From: an uncultured Eubacterium sp.
Lineage (GTDB): Bacteria; Bacillota; Clostridia; Oscillospirales; Acutalibacteraceae
Assembly (NCBI RefSeq): GCF_900539325.1
Contig: NZ_UQCC01000003.1
Direction: 5' to 3' (one strand)
DNA: 64,000 nucleotides
Shown here: piece after piece, positions 49,682 through 59,366 of the stretch
Position numbering within the stretch: position 1 is the stretch's first letter
Layout of the letters: each line of letters starts with the position of its first letter
Notes under the pieces: generated by a model
The model's input: the letters and a program-made list of their open reading frames with translations, nothing else
Databases searched by the model: none
What the model was told of the DNA's origin: nothing
Translations under genes and position numbers: made by a program

Positions 49682-50659
49682 TTACCGTCTTATAATCTTT
49701 AAATCGTCCTTTGCAACCTTGTCGGTTACAGTAACCTTTATGTTATATCCCTCTTCCATAAGGAAGTATATATTGCGTTTTTGCTGACCCTTCAGTTGAG
49801 AAACCGAGCGTGGATTAACCATAATCTCGTAATCTCCGGGTCTTAATTTAAGTATCTTATTGAGCATAAATCTGCTCTTAACTATCTCGCCGAACGACTC
49901 GTGATAAGCACCTGCAACGGCATTTTTCTTTATGTCATTTGAAGCGTGAAGTCCGAGTCGGATAATCTTTATCCCTGCTTCTTCAAACATAGGAACAAGC
50001 TTTGTGCAAAGATTTGCCGCATCGTCAACCGTTTGCGGCTTGAACACTTCGTCCTCGTACAGTTTTGCAAGCATTGTGCCTTTCAGCACAACCGTTGGAT
50101 AAATACGCACGGTTGCCGGCTGAAGTGCAATGATTTTTTTTGCCGTTTCTATTGCCTTTTCGTCCGTGTCAAGATAAAGCCCCGTCATCATTTGAAGTCC
50201 GAGTTCAAAGCCATAGGACTTGATAAGATTTGAAGCGTTGACAACATCCTGTGCCGTATGTCCTCGAAGATTTGCCTTGAGCACCTCGTCATCCATACTT
50301 TGAGCGCCGAGTTCGATTGAAGTAACGCCGTATTTTTTAAGAAGTGTAAGCACTTCGTCATCAATAAAATCGGGACGGGTGCTGATTCTTATTCCCTTTA
50401 CATCGCCGTTTTTAACATAAGGATAAGCCGCCTGCAAAAGCGTGAGCATATAATCTCGGTCAATCGCAGTGAACGAGCCGCCGAAAAATGCAATTTCGTA
50501 TTCGTAGCCTTTTTTGCAAAGTGCAGTTTCAACAGCGGTCTTGACATCATCCGCCGTTGGCTGTTTTACATTGCCCGTGATTGTTTTTTGATTGCAAAAC
50601 GAGCACTGCTGAGGGCAACCGAGGTGCGGAATAAAAATGCTGATATTACCTTTTTTCAT
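49682..50659 (-). CDS. Radical SAM protein (elongator/TIGR01212-like) conserved between rnc and smc in Clostridia.
   Basis: CPQQCSFCNQ Cx3Cx2C motif at the N-terminus. 325 aa. Overlaps the rnc stop. Confidence 0.75.
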   Translation of the reverse strand: MKKGNISIFIPHLGCPQQCSFCNQKTITGNVKQPTADDVKTAVETALCKKGYEYEIAFFGGSFTAIDRDYMLTLLQAAYPYVKNGDVKGIRISTRPDFIDDEVLTLLKKYGVTSIELGAQSMDDEVLKANLRGHTAQDVVNASNLIKSYGFELGLQMMTGLYLDTDEKAIETAKKIIALQPATVRIYPTVVLKGTMLAKLYEDEVFKPQTVDDAANLCTKLVPMFEEAGIKIIRLGLHASNDIKKNAVAGAYHESFGEIVKSRFMLNKILKLRPGDYEIMVNPRSVSQLKGQQKRNIYFLMEEGYNIKVTVTDKVAKDDLKIIRR

Positions 50660-51345
50660 ATAATCCCCATCAACGAAAGTGCTTCTTTCGCCGCCTCCTG
50701 CTCCGCCTGTTTTTTGCTTTTGCCGACTCCCCTGCCGACAACATTTGAATTGAGGTGAACCTCCGCTTCAAAAACCTTGTCGTGATCGGGACCTTTTTCG
50801 CCGACAATAACATAGTTGAGAGTTTCATCCTTATTCTGCTGAATAACTTCCTGCAAGGTGGTTTTGTAATCCTTAAACAAAATGTGATGAGTGCTTACAT
50901 CTCTTGCCAAGAAATGAAGAATGTGCTTTTTTGCCGGTTCCATACCGCCGTCAAGATAAATTGCGGCAATGAGTGCCTCAAATGCGTTTTCAAGGTTTGA
51001 ATCCCTGTCCTTGCCGCCCATTTTTTCCTCGCCTCTGCCGAGCAGAAGATAATCGCCGAGGTCAATTTCTCTTGCAAAATTTGAAAGCGACTGAGTACAA
51101 ACAAGCGATGAACGAAGTTTTGACAACTCACCTTCTGCCATATCCGGAAATTTATGATACAAATACTCTGCCGACACAACGCTCAAAACGGCATCGCCCA
51201 AAAATTCCATTCTCTCGTTATTGAATTTTTTTTGATTATCGTTTGCATAAGAGGAGTGAGTAAGCGCTTCCTCCAAATATATTTTTTTCTTAAAGGTATA
51301 TCCTATTTTTTCTTCTAAAGTTGAAATATCCATTTTATTCTTCAC
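50656..51345 (-). CDS. rnc: Ribonuclease III.
   Basis: ERMEFLGDAVL signature and a dsRBD C-terminus. Confidence 0.95.
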   Translation of the reverse strand: MKNKMDISTLEEKIGYTFKKKIYLEEALTHSSYANDNQKKFNNERMEFLGDAVLSVVSAEYLYHKFPDMAEGELSKLRSSLVCTQSLSNFAREIDLGDYLLLGRGEEKMGGKDRDSNLENAFEALIAAIYLDGGMEPAKKHILHFLARDVSTHHILFKDYKTTLQEVIQQNKDETLNYVIVGEKGPDHDKVFEAEVHLNSNVVGRGVGKSKKQAEQEAAKEALSLMGII

Positions 51346-52330
51346 TTTGCAATTCTTTTTCTATTTTATCTATCAAATCGGTTTGCAAAAACATAACCGC
51401 CTGTTTGATTGCGTTTTTGAAGCAACGGGCGTCTGCCGAGCCGTGAGCTTTGATAACCGGCTTTCTTACTCCGAGCATAACCGCTCCGCCGTATTCTTTG
51501 TAGTCAAACTGTGTTTTCATATCATTTATGCCCGAACGAACACCAAGATACGAAAGTTTGCTTAATGTATTTTTATAAAAAGCATTTTTAATTCCCTGCA
51601 TAAGAGCCTTTGCAACACCCTCATAGGTTTTGAGTATCAAATTGCCCGTAAAGCCGTCCGCAACAACAACATCCGCATCACCGAACGGTATCTGTCTGCC
51701 CTCGATATTGCCGATAAAATTATACGGTGCCGACTTCATCATCCGATATGCTTCCTTAACAACCGGAGTACCTTTTGTCTCCTCCGTGCCGTTGTTTGCA
51801 AGTGCAACGGTTGGATTTGCAACGCCGAAAATATTTTGCATATATATTGAGCCTAAAAGCCCAAATTGATAAAGATATTCGCTTTTGCACTCGGCATTCG
51901 CACCGCAGTCCATAAGCACAAACGGTTTGCTTGTGCTCGGCATAACAGAAGCTATTGCCGGACGCTTAACACCTTTAATTCGCTTTGTTATAAGAGTTGC
52001 ACCAACTGTGATTGCGCCTGTGTTACCTGCACTGACAAAGGCGTCGCCCTCGCCGTCATTGAGGAGTTTGAAACCGACAGCCATAGAACTGTCAGGCTTA
52101 CCACGAAGCACAACCTTTGCATCATCGCAGTTATCTATAACCTGTGTGCAGTTAATTACTTTCGTGTTTTTTAAGGTAATGTTGTTTTCTTTAACGCAAG
52201 AATTGATGGCATTTTCATCACCGAGAAGAACAGCCTCATCAATGCCAAATTCATCCACGGCAAGCATTGTGCCCTTGATTATTTCGAGCGGTGCGTTATC
52301 TCCGCCCATTGCGTCAATTATAATTTTCAT
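51335..52330 (-). CDS. plsX: Phosphate acyltransferase PlsX.
   Basis: 331 aa. PlsX-like (IIDAMGGDNAP). Confidence 0.9.
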   Translation of the reverse strand: MKIIIDAMGGDNAPLEIIKGTMLAVDEFGIDEAVLLGDENAINSCVKENNITLKNTKVINCTQVIDNCDDAKVVLRGKPDSSMAVGFKLLNDGEGDAFVSAGNTGAITVGATLITKRIKGVKRPAIASVMPSTSKPFVLMDCGANAECKSEYLYQFGLLGSIYMQNIFGVANPTVALANNGTEETKGTPVVKEAYRMMKSAPYNFIGNIEGRQIPFGDADVVVADGFTGNLILKTYEGVAKALMQGIKNAFYKNTLSKLSYLGVRSGINDMKTQFDYKEYGGAVMLGVRKPVIKAHGSADARCFKNAIKQAVMFLQTDLIDKIEKELQSEE

Positions 52331-53604
52331 AATTGCTCCAAAGCTCTGTTTGCAAGAGCCATATATCGTTCTCTCTTATCTCTGATTTTCGGCTCAATAG
52401 TCGGTAATATGCCAAAATTAGCACCCATCGGCTGAAAATTCGTTACGCTCTCATCGCTGATATATTGCGACAAAGCACCAATCATATTGTATTCCGACAA
52501 AACAAGCGGTTCTTCGCCCTCTGCCCGTCTGACGGCATTTATTCCTGCCATTATGCCCGAAGCCGCAGATTCCATATATCCCTCAACACCTGTGATTTGG
52601 CCTGCAAAAAAGATGTTTGGATTGCTTCTCAAACTGAAATCGGCATTTAAGAGTTTTGGCGAATTAAGAAACGAATTTCTGTGCATTACACCGTATCTGA
52701 CAAACTCCGCATTTTCAAGCCCCGGAATCATAGAGAATACACGCTTTTGCTCGCCGAATTTTAAATTTGTCTGAAAACCTACAAGGTTAAACATTGTACC
52801 TTTGCTGTTTTCTCTGCGAAGCTGAACGCATGCCCACGGTCTGTGCCCTGTGTTTGGGTCAACAAGTCCAACCGGTTTCATAGGTCCGAAGCGAGGAGCG
52901 TCAAGTCCTCTTTTTGCAAGTTTTTCAATCGGCATACAACCCTCGTACACATCAAAATCGTGCACAACCGCACCCTCGGCATTGATAAGTTCTTCAATAA
53001 ACGCCTCATATTCCGCCTTGTTGAACGGGCAGTTGATATAGTCGTCATCTCCGCCTCTGTCATATCTTGAAGCACCGAAAGCCTTTTGCATATCAACGCT
53101 GTCTGCCGTAACAATCGGAGCGGCGGCATCGTGAAACGAAAGGTAATCTCCGCACAGTTTTTGTATTTCTTCACCGAGTTTGCCCTCGGTAAGAGGACCT
53201 GTTGCGATAATAAGGATTTCGTCATCATCAGGTGAAATTTTCTCAACAAGTTTATTTTCAACCGTGATGTTCGGATGCGAATTAATCATATCCGTTACGG
53301 TTTGAGAAAACTCATTTCTGTCAACCGCAAGAGCACCGCCGGCAGGAACCGCACAATTCCTTGCAACGGGAACGGTGAGCGAGCCGAGTCGAGTCATTTC
53401 TTCTTTAAGAAGTCCTGCCGCACTGTCAATTCTTGATGCCTTGAGCGAATTTGAACAAACAAGCTCTGCAAAATTTTTATTTTTGTGTGCCGGCGAAAAC
53501 TTTTTAGGTTTCATTTCAAGCAGAGTGACTTCATAGCCTGCTTCGGCTATTTGCCACGCCGCCTCACAACCCGCAAGTCCGGCACCGATAACTGTAAATT
53601 TTTT
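52327..53604 (-). CDS. trmFO: Methylenetetrahydrofolate--tRNA-(uracil54-C5)-methyltransferase TrmFO (Gid).
   Basis: FAD-binding VIGAGLAGCEAAWQ and a GidA-like sequence. Start at MKKFTV (53604). The track ORF begins at an upstream alternative start. Confidence 0.9.
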   Translation of the reverse strand, partial: KKFTVIGAGLAGCEAAWQIAEAGYEVTLLEMKPKKFSPAHKNKNFAELVCSNSLKASRIDSAAGLLKEEMTRLGSLTVPVARNCAVPAGGALAVDRNEFSQTVTDMINSHPNITVENKLVEKISPDDDEILIIATGPLTEGKLGEEIQKLCGDYLSFHDAAAPIVTADSVDMQKAFGASRYDRGGDDDYINCPFNKAEYEAFIEELINAEGAVVHDFDVYEGCMPIEKLAKRGLDAPRFGPMKPVGLVDPNTGHRPWACVQLRRENSKGTMFNLVGFQTNLKFGEQKRVFSMIPGLENAEFVRYGVMHRNSFLNSPKLLNADFSLRSNPNIFFAGQITGVEGYMESAASGIMAGINAVRRAEGEEPLVLSEYNMIGALSQYISDESVTNFQPMGANFGILPTIEPKIRDKRERYMALANRALEQL

Positions 53605-53609
53605 CATAA

Positions 53610-55718
53610 TCACTTTTTCTTTGGAGCAGGCTTTGTAAATCCACAACCCTCTGTGTCAGGACAATAAAGAACATTGCCCTTTCTTCTGAACAGCGACTTA
53701 TTGCACTTTGGACAAACCTCATCGGTAGGTGCGTCCCAAGTCATAAAGTTACATTCAGGATAATTTGAACAGCCGTAGAACGGTGTGCCTCTCTTTGTTT
53801 TCTTTTCAATAACATCACCGCCGCAAAGTGGACATTTTGCCTTTGTCTTAGTAACGAACGGCTTTGCGTTTTTACACTCAGGGAATCCCGGACAAGCAAG
53901 GAATTTTCCGAATCTGCCGACTTTAACAACCATCTTTCTGCCGCACTTTTCGCATACGACATCGGTTTCTTCTTCCTTAAGTTTAATCTTAACGCCCTGC
54001 ATATCTTTCTTTGCTTTTTCGAGCGGCTCGATAAAATCATCATAGTAAAGACGAATCATATCAATGTAATCTTTTTCGCCCGAATCGATTTTATCAAGGT
54101 CATCTTCCATCTTTGAGGTGTACTTAACATTTACAATGTTAGGAATTCTTTCTTTAAGAAGATTTGTAACCGCCTCGCCGAGTTCGGTAGGAACAAACTG
54201 CTTGCCCTCACGAACAACATATTCCTTTGAAAGAATGGTTGAAGTAATAGTTACATATGTTGACGGACGACCTACGCCGTTTTCTTCAAGTGCCTTTGTA
54301 AGAGAAGCTTCGGTATATCTTGCAGGCGGCTGTGTAAAGTGCTGATTGCCGAGAATACTCTTGAGCTTGAGCACATCGCCCTCTGCAACAGGAGGAAGCG
54401 GAGATTCGCTGTCCTTCTTCTGTGCGTCATCGGTTTTTTCCTCATACAAAGCAGTGAAGCCGTCAAACTTAACCGTGTATCCGCTTGCTGTGAAAACATA
54501 ATCGTTTGCCTTGATTTCAACCTTCATGGTTTCTTGCTGGCAAGATGCCATAAGAGATGCAATGAAGCGTTCCCATACAAGCTTGTAAATTTTATACTGG
54601 TCGGAAGTAAGTGACTCCTTAACAGATTCTGGAGTTACGCCCGGCATTGACGGACGAATTGCTTCGTGTCCGTCCTGTGCGTTGCCCCTTGTTTTGTAAA
54701 ATCTCGGAGTTGACGGAAGATACTTTTCACCATAAGTTTGCTTGATGAAATCATTACCTGCACTGCGAGCCTCGTCGGAAATACGGAGTGAGTCGGTTCT
54801 CATATATGTGATAAGACCGACTGTGCCGAGGTCCTTAACATCAACGCCTTCATAAAGTTCCTGTGCGGCTTTCATGGTTCTTCTTGCCTGGAACGACAAT
54901 CTGCGTGACGCTTCCTGCTGCAAGGTTGATGTGATAAACGGAGGAGCAGGATTTTTCTTTCTCGTACCCTTTTTAACTCCGGTTACAACATATTCGGCAT
55001 TTTCCAAATCGGCAAGCATTTTGTCCGATTCTTCTTTTGACGGAATTTTGTTTTTATCCGTGCCTACCTTATTGCCGTCCTTGTCCTGAACCATGGTTGC
55101 GGCAAAACTTTTTCTGTCCGGCGGATTGGTAAACTTTGCATCGATTGTCCAATACTCTTCCGGCTTAAATGCACGGATTTCGTTTTCTCTGTCAACAACA
55201 AGGCGAAGTGCAACGCTCTGTACACGGCCTGCCGAAAGACCTCTTCTGATTTTTTGGCTTACAAACGGAGAAAGTTTGTAGCCGATAAGGCGGTCAAGAA
55301 TTCTTCTTGCCTGCTGGGCGTTTACAAGGTCTATATCAATTTGACGAGGATGCTCCATACCGTTTTTTACACCGGTTTTTGTAATCTCGTTAAATGTAAC
55401 TCTGTTTTTGTCATCAAGTTCCAATCCGAGCAAATTTGCAAGATGCCACGAAATTGCCTCTCCCTCACGGTCGGGGTCGGTTGCGAGATAAACGCAATCG
55501 GCTTTGTGCGCCTTTGTTTTAAGCTCGTCAACAAGTGCTTCCTTGCCCTTGATAACTGCGTACTTAGGCTCAAAATTATGTTCAATATCAACACTGAGTC
55601 TTGCGGCAGGCAGGTCACGAACATGACCCATTGACGCAATAACTTCATATCCCTTACCAAGATAGCCTTTAATATTCTTAGCCTTGGCAGGTGACTCCAC
55701 GATTACCAACTTTGACAT
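53610..55718 (-). CDS. topA: DNA topoisomerase I.
   Basis: TOPRIM LVIVESPAKAK, the active-site Tyr region, and C-terminal Zn-ribbon repeats (Cx2C). Start MSKLVIVESP with RBS AAAGGA. Confidence 0.95.
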   Translation of the reverse strand: MSKLVIVESPAKAKNIKGYLGKGYEVIASMGHVRDLPAARLSVDIEHNFEPKYAVIKGKEALVDELKTKAHKADCVYLATDPDREGEAISWHLANLLGLELDDKNRVTFNEITKTGVKNGMEHPRQIDIDLVNAQQARRILDRLIGYKLSPFVSQKIRRGLSAGRVQSVALRLVVDRENEIRAFKPEEYWTIDAKFTNPPDRKSFAATMVQDKDGNKVGTDKNKIPSKEESDKMLADLENAEYVVTGVKKGTRKKNPAPPFITSTLQQEASRRLSFQARRTMKAAQELYEGVDVKDLGTVGLITYMRTDSLRISDEARSAGNDFIKQTYGEKYLPSTPRFYKTRGNAQDGHEAIRPSMPGVTPESVKESLTSDQYKIYKLVWERFIASLMASCQQETMKVEIKANDYVFTASGYTVKFDGFTALYEEKTDDAQKKDSESPLPPVAEGDVLKLKSILGNQHFTQPPARYTEASLTKALEENGVGRPSTYVTITSTILSKEYVVREGKQFVPTELGEAVTNLLKERIPNIVNVKYTSKMEDDLDKIDSGEKDYIDMIRLYYDDFIEPLEKAKKDMQGVKIKLKEEETDVVCEKCGRKMVVKVGRFGKFLACPGFPECKNAKPFVTKTKAKCPLCGGDVIEKKTKRGTPFYGCSNYPECNFMTWDAPTDEVCPKCNKSLFRRKGNVLYCPDTEGCGFTKPAPKKK

Positions 55719-55744
55719 ATATATTTTTGTCCTTTCGGTTAAAT

Positions 55745-56953
55745 TCAAGATTGTTTTCTTCTGTATCGCTTGCCCATGCCGGATTCGCAAAGTCCGTCAA
55801 GTTCAAGCATTGTCAGGGCGACAAGCACGGAATTTATATCAAGCCGTGCAATATTTGCAATGCTTTCAACATCCTTAAAATCATCGTTCATAGCATCAAA
55901 CACCGCTTTTTCGTCGCCGACAAGCTGTCGTGACTTCTCGTCTATTTGAGTACGGTTTGTGCGGTGTTTTTCAATATTTTCAAATGTGATTTCTTCATCC
56001 TGTTCGGGTGTCAAATCACGCTTTTTGTATTCATCTCTCAAGAGTTCGTCAATGCTTGCAAGTTTTGACATATCAAGAGTTTTGTACTTTTCGGTGTAGT
56101 GCGAAATGATGGATTCGACTCCCACAACGGGAACGGCACCGTCGGATATAAGTTTGTTTGTGCCGTTAAATCTTTGGTCAAAAATCGAAGCGGCGGTTGC
56201 AAACATATCCCTGTTTTGCGACACGGCAAAGTTTGCCGTAATGAGCGAACCGCTTTTTGTGCCCGCTTCGGCAACAAACACACCGTCCGCAAGGCCGCTG
56301 ATAATTCGATTTCGCATCGGAAAAGTAAATCTGCTTGCAGGAGTGAACGGCGGAAATTCGGAAATGACCGCACCTTTTTCGGTAATTCTTCGTCTTAAAT
56401 CCTCATTTGAAGCAAGGTAATTTGAACCGAGTCCACAACCCATAACGGCAACCGTTACGCCGCCGCATTCCATAGCACCGATATGCGCCGAGGTGTCTAT
56501 TCCGAGTGCACCGCCGCTTACAATAACGGCATTGCACCTTGCAAGACCTTTTGATATTACCCTTGCAACACTTTTGGCATAATTCGACGGCTTGCGTGTA
56601 CCCACAACGCTTATGCTGAGCATATTGTCTATATCGGGCATTTTGCCGTCAACATACAAAACCGTAGGCGGGTCATAAATTTCTTTGAGCTTTTCGGGAT
56701 AACTTTCATCATCAAAAGTTATTATATCCCATCTGTGTTTTTTACAGATATCAATTATTTCATCCGCTTTTTCAATCGGAGTTTTCTCCATAGCATCAAG
56801 CATTTTGTCTGTAATGTTAGGACAAACCTTGCGTTGAAGATAATTGCTGTTATATAAATTTTCGGCTGAGCCGAAATAATCAAGTATCGGCTTGATTGCC
56901 TTGCCTACGCCAACGGTAAGCTGAAGCCATATGAGATACCTTGAGTTTTTCAT
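55745..56953 (-). CDS. dprA: DNA processing protein DprA (Smf).
   Basis: Rossmann-like DprA core (VISGGALGIDTSAH). Start MKNSRY with ATGA overlap to the upstream gene. The track ORF starts at a GTG 5 codons earlier. Confidence 0.85.
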   Translation of the reverse strand: MKNSRYLIWLQLTVGVGKAIKPILDYFGSAENLYNSNYLQRKVCPNITDKMLDAMEKTPIEKADEIIDICKKHRWDIITFDDESYPEKLKEIYDPPTVLYVDGKMPDIDNMLSISVVGTRKPSNYAKSVARVISKGLARCNAVIVSGGALGIDTSAHIGAMECGGVTVAVMGCGLGSNYLASNEDLRRRITEKGAVISEFPPFTPASRFTFPMRNRIISGLADGVFVAEAGTKSGSLITANFAVSQNRDMFATAASIFDQRFNGTNKLISDGAVPVVGVESIISHYTEKYKTLDMSKLASIDELLRDEYKKRDLTPEQDEEITFENIEKHRTNRTQIDEKSRQLVGDEKAVFDAMNDDFKDVESIANIARLDINSVLVALTMLELDGLCESGMGKRYRRKQS

Positions 56954-57723
56954 CTGAGCATCTCCCACATTGTTATTGCCGCGGCAACGCCTGCATTAAG
57001 GCTTTCCGCCCTGCCGAGCATAGGTATTGTAATCAAATCATCGCTGACAGCCTTGATGTTTTCTTCAACACCGTTTGCCTCGTTACCGATAACCGATACC
57101 GCATTGCCGGTAAAATCAGCCTCGGTAATCTTAACCGCCGATGAACTCGGAACAGTCGAATACACCTTAAAGCCCTGTGATTTCATATGGATAAGCGTTT
57201 GCTCCAAATTATCGCTGTCAACAATGTTCATACGAAGTATTGAACCCATTGAAGCCCTTACAGCCTTTGAATTAAACACATCACAGCAATTATAAGTTAC
57301 AACGCCGTCAATACCGAGTGCCTCTGCCGAACGAATAATCGCACCGACATTTGCCGGGTCCTGCACATTGTCAAGAGCAACGATTTTACCGCAAGCAAAC
57401 ATTTCGCCGTTGTCCTTCATCTTAACGGTAAGAAAAACTCCCTGCGGCGATTTTGTTTCCGACAGTTTTTCGGACACCTGCCCGTCAATCAAAAATGTTC
57501 GTTTGGCTTTAATACTCAAAGCGTCAATTTCGTCTTGATACCTTGCATATATATCCTCGGTAAAAAGCAATGTATCGGGCTCATAAACAGAATTAAGGAC
57601 ATCAAAACATAGCCTTGCTCCTTCAAGTGCAAAAAGATGATTTTCATATCTCGCCTTTGAAGAGGTAAAAAGCTTTTTTGTGTCCTTAACAATAGTATTA
57701 TTTTTACTCGTGATTTTTTCCAT
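56950..57723 (-). CDS. TrmH/SpoU-family RNA 2'-O-methyltransferase.
   Basis: SPOUT motifs (DPANVGAIIRSAEALG, GNEANGV, ESLNAGVAAAI). Confidence 0.8.
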   Translation of the reverse strand: MEKITSKNNTIVKDTKKLFTSSKARYENHLFALEGARLCFDVLNSVYEPDTLLFTEDIYARYQDEIDALSIKAKRTFLIDGQVSEKLSETKSPQGVFLTVKMKDNGEMFACGKIVALDNVQDPANVGAIIRSAEALGIDGVVTYNCCDVFNSKAVRASMGSILRMNIVDSDNLEQTLIHMKSQGFKVYSTVPSSSAVKITEADFTGNAVSVIGNEANGVEENIKAVSDDLITIPMLGRAESLNAGVAAAITMWEMLR

Positions 57724-57872
57724 ACACATCTCCGTTGCGTGCCAAAAAATTTGCCTAAAGCATTTCGTTTAAATAAATCACCGAATGTTATTTATTATTT
57801 TATATAATATACATTATAATTCAAAAAAATTCAATAGTTTATTCAAATATTTATTATTAAATTTTTATTTGG

Positions 57873-57901
57873 TTGACTAATACTTACTTTTAATTTATAA
57901 T
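57873..57901 (+). promoter_or_regulatory. Near-consensus sigma-A promoter (TTGACT-N17-TATAAT) for the HprK-like/lipoprotein operon.
   Basis: TTGACT at 57873-57878 and TATAAT at 57896-57901. RBS AAAGGA then the ATG at 57936. Confidence 0.6.
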
Positions 57902-57935
57902 GTATGATAGAAAATTATGTAAAGGATTAGATTTT

Positions 57936-58664
57936 ATGCCATATTATGACATTGCAGGATTAAGAGTAAAGATGAACAACTGCGGCGGCAGAAGCGAAAA
58001 ACAAGCCGTACCGTACCTTGCAGACAATCAATCGGACGATTTACAACCCGATATTGACATCTTTGTTGATGACAAAAGGGTTCAAGAGGCTATGGCAGAA
58101 CACCCGGAACTTTCACAGGGCGACTGGGAATATATGCTTACAGGTTCCGACTTTTACACCGACTTAATCAAATATGACGGCATTCTTTTGCACTCATCCT
58201 GCGTTGTTGTTGACGGAGTTGCTTACACTTTTTCAGCCGACAGCGGAACAGGCAAATCAACCCACACCCAGCTTTGGCTCAAAAAATTCGGTGACAGAGC
58301 ATACATTCTCAATGACGACAAGCCGGCAATCAGACTTATCGGCGACACAGTATACGCTTGCGGAACTCCTTGGAGCGGTAAGTATGATTACTCTACTCCT
58401 GCCGTTGTGCCTCTTGCCGGAATTTGCTTCCTTGAAAGAAGCGAGGAAAATTGGATTAAACCGGCTGACACAAACAAGGCTATATTCAATATTTTCAGTC
58501 AAACCGTTCGCCGTCTCGGTGAAAACGGAATGAACAAATTGATGGATAACCTTAATGTGATTTTCAAAAAAGTACCCATTTACGAGCTTGGCTGCAACAT
58601 TTCAGAAGAAGCCGTAGATTGTTCCTACAACGCTATGAAAAAGGAGTTATCCGATTTTGAATAA
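57936..58664 (+). CDS. P-loop protein with an HPr-kinase C-terminal-domain-like ATP-binding fold. Function unknown.
   Basis: VVVDGVAYTFSADSGTGKSTHTQLWLKKFGDRAYILNDDKPAI parallels the HprK core [25 protein letters not shown]...ADD. Start MPYYD. The track ORF begins upstream. Confidence 0.55.
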   Translation: MPYYDIAGLRVKMNNCGGRSEKQAVPYLADNQSDDLQPDIDIFVDDKRVQEAMAEHPELSQGDWEYMLTGSDFYTDLIKYDGILLHSSCVVVDGVAYTFSADSGTGKSTHTQLWLKKFGDRAYILNDDKPAIRLIGDTVYACGTPWSGKYDYSTPAVVPLAGICFLERSEENWIKPADTNKAIFNIFSQTVRRLGENGMNKLMDNLNVIFKKVPIYELGCNISEEAVDCSYNAMKKELSDFE

Positions 58665-59310
58665 AAAAATATGCGCATTGTTGCTGTCGGCGGCAATGTG
58701 CTTTTGCTTCAGTGCATGTTCAAACAACGCACAGGAAGAGCAAAGCACAGCCGTAACCGCAACAACCTCAACACAAGCGACAACCTCAACAACAGTTGCC
58801 GAAACCACAACAAAAGAAACAACGGCAAAGCCTTCAACAACAAAAACACAAGCCACAACAAAAGCTTCAACCGAAACCACAACAAAAAAGAAAAAGGTTA
58901 CTGCAACAAAGGTCAAGAAAAAAAAGAAAACCGACACGGTAACCTGCACCGTTACGGTTGAATGTAAATCAATTCTTGACCATATGGACGACCTGAAAGA
59001 AGGTCACGAAGAATTTGTACCCGATGACGGCTATATAATCAAAGACTACACCTACAAAGCAAAAAAAGGCTACACGGCATATGACGCACTGAAAGGCGCA
59101 TGCAAAAAAAACGACATCAAGCTCACGGCAAAAAGCACTTCCTACGGTATATACATTTCAGGCATAAACAACCTTGACGAATTTGACTGCGGCAAGCAAA
59201 GCGGTTGGATGTACAGCGTGAACGGAATTATGCCGAATACCACCTGCGGAAATGTGAGCGTTGATGACGGCGATTCAATAGTTTTCACCTATGTTTGCAC
59301 TTTTCAATAA
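58657..59310 (+). CDS. Lipoprotein with a Thr/Ser/Lys-rich linker and a C-terminal small beta domain (DUF4430-like).
   Basis: Lipobox CFCFSAC after a signal peptide. About 70 aa of TTSTQATTSTT...KKKKK linker. The C-terminal approx. 120 aa contain 6 Cys and GWMYSVNG. Overlaps the preceding gene by 8 nt. Confidence 0.55.
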   Translation: MNKKICALLLSAAMCFCFSACSNNAQEEQSTAVTATTSTQATTSTTVAETTTKETTAKPSTTKTQATTKASTETTTKKKKVTATKVKKKKKTDTVTCTVTVECKSILDHMDDLKEGHEEFVPDDGYIIKDYTYKAKKGYTAYDALKGACKKNDIKLTAKSTSYGIYISGINNLDEFDCGKQSGWMYSVNGIMPNTTCGNVSVDDGDSIVFTYVCTFQ

Positions 59311-59325
59311 ACCGAATAACAGCAC

Positions 59326-59366
59326 AAAACGCAACACAAGAAATCAATCCTGTGTTGCGTTTTTAT
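59326..59366. terminator. Bidirectional terminator hairpin aaaacgcaacacaag/ctgtgttgcgtttt.
   Basis: 14-bp stem, followed by TTTTATT on the plus strand. Lies between the convergent lipoprotein and sigK genes. Confidence 0.8.

Noticed and set aside
58647-58961. ORFs overlapping the Thr-rich linker of the lipoprotein gene on both strands
   Set aside because: Produced by the repetitive ACN/ACA codon run of the linker. They are poly-V/F or poly-N artefacts.
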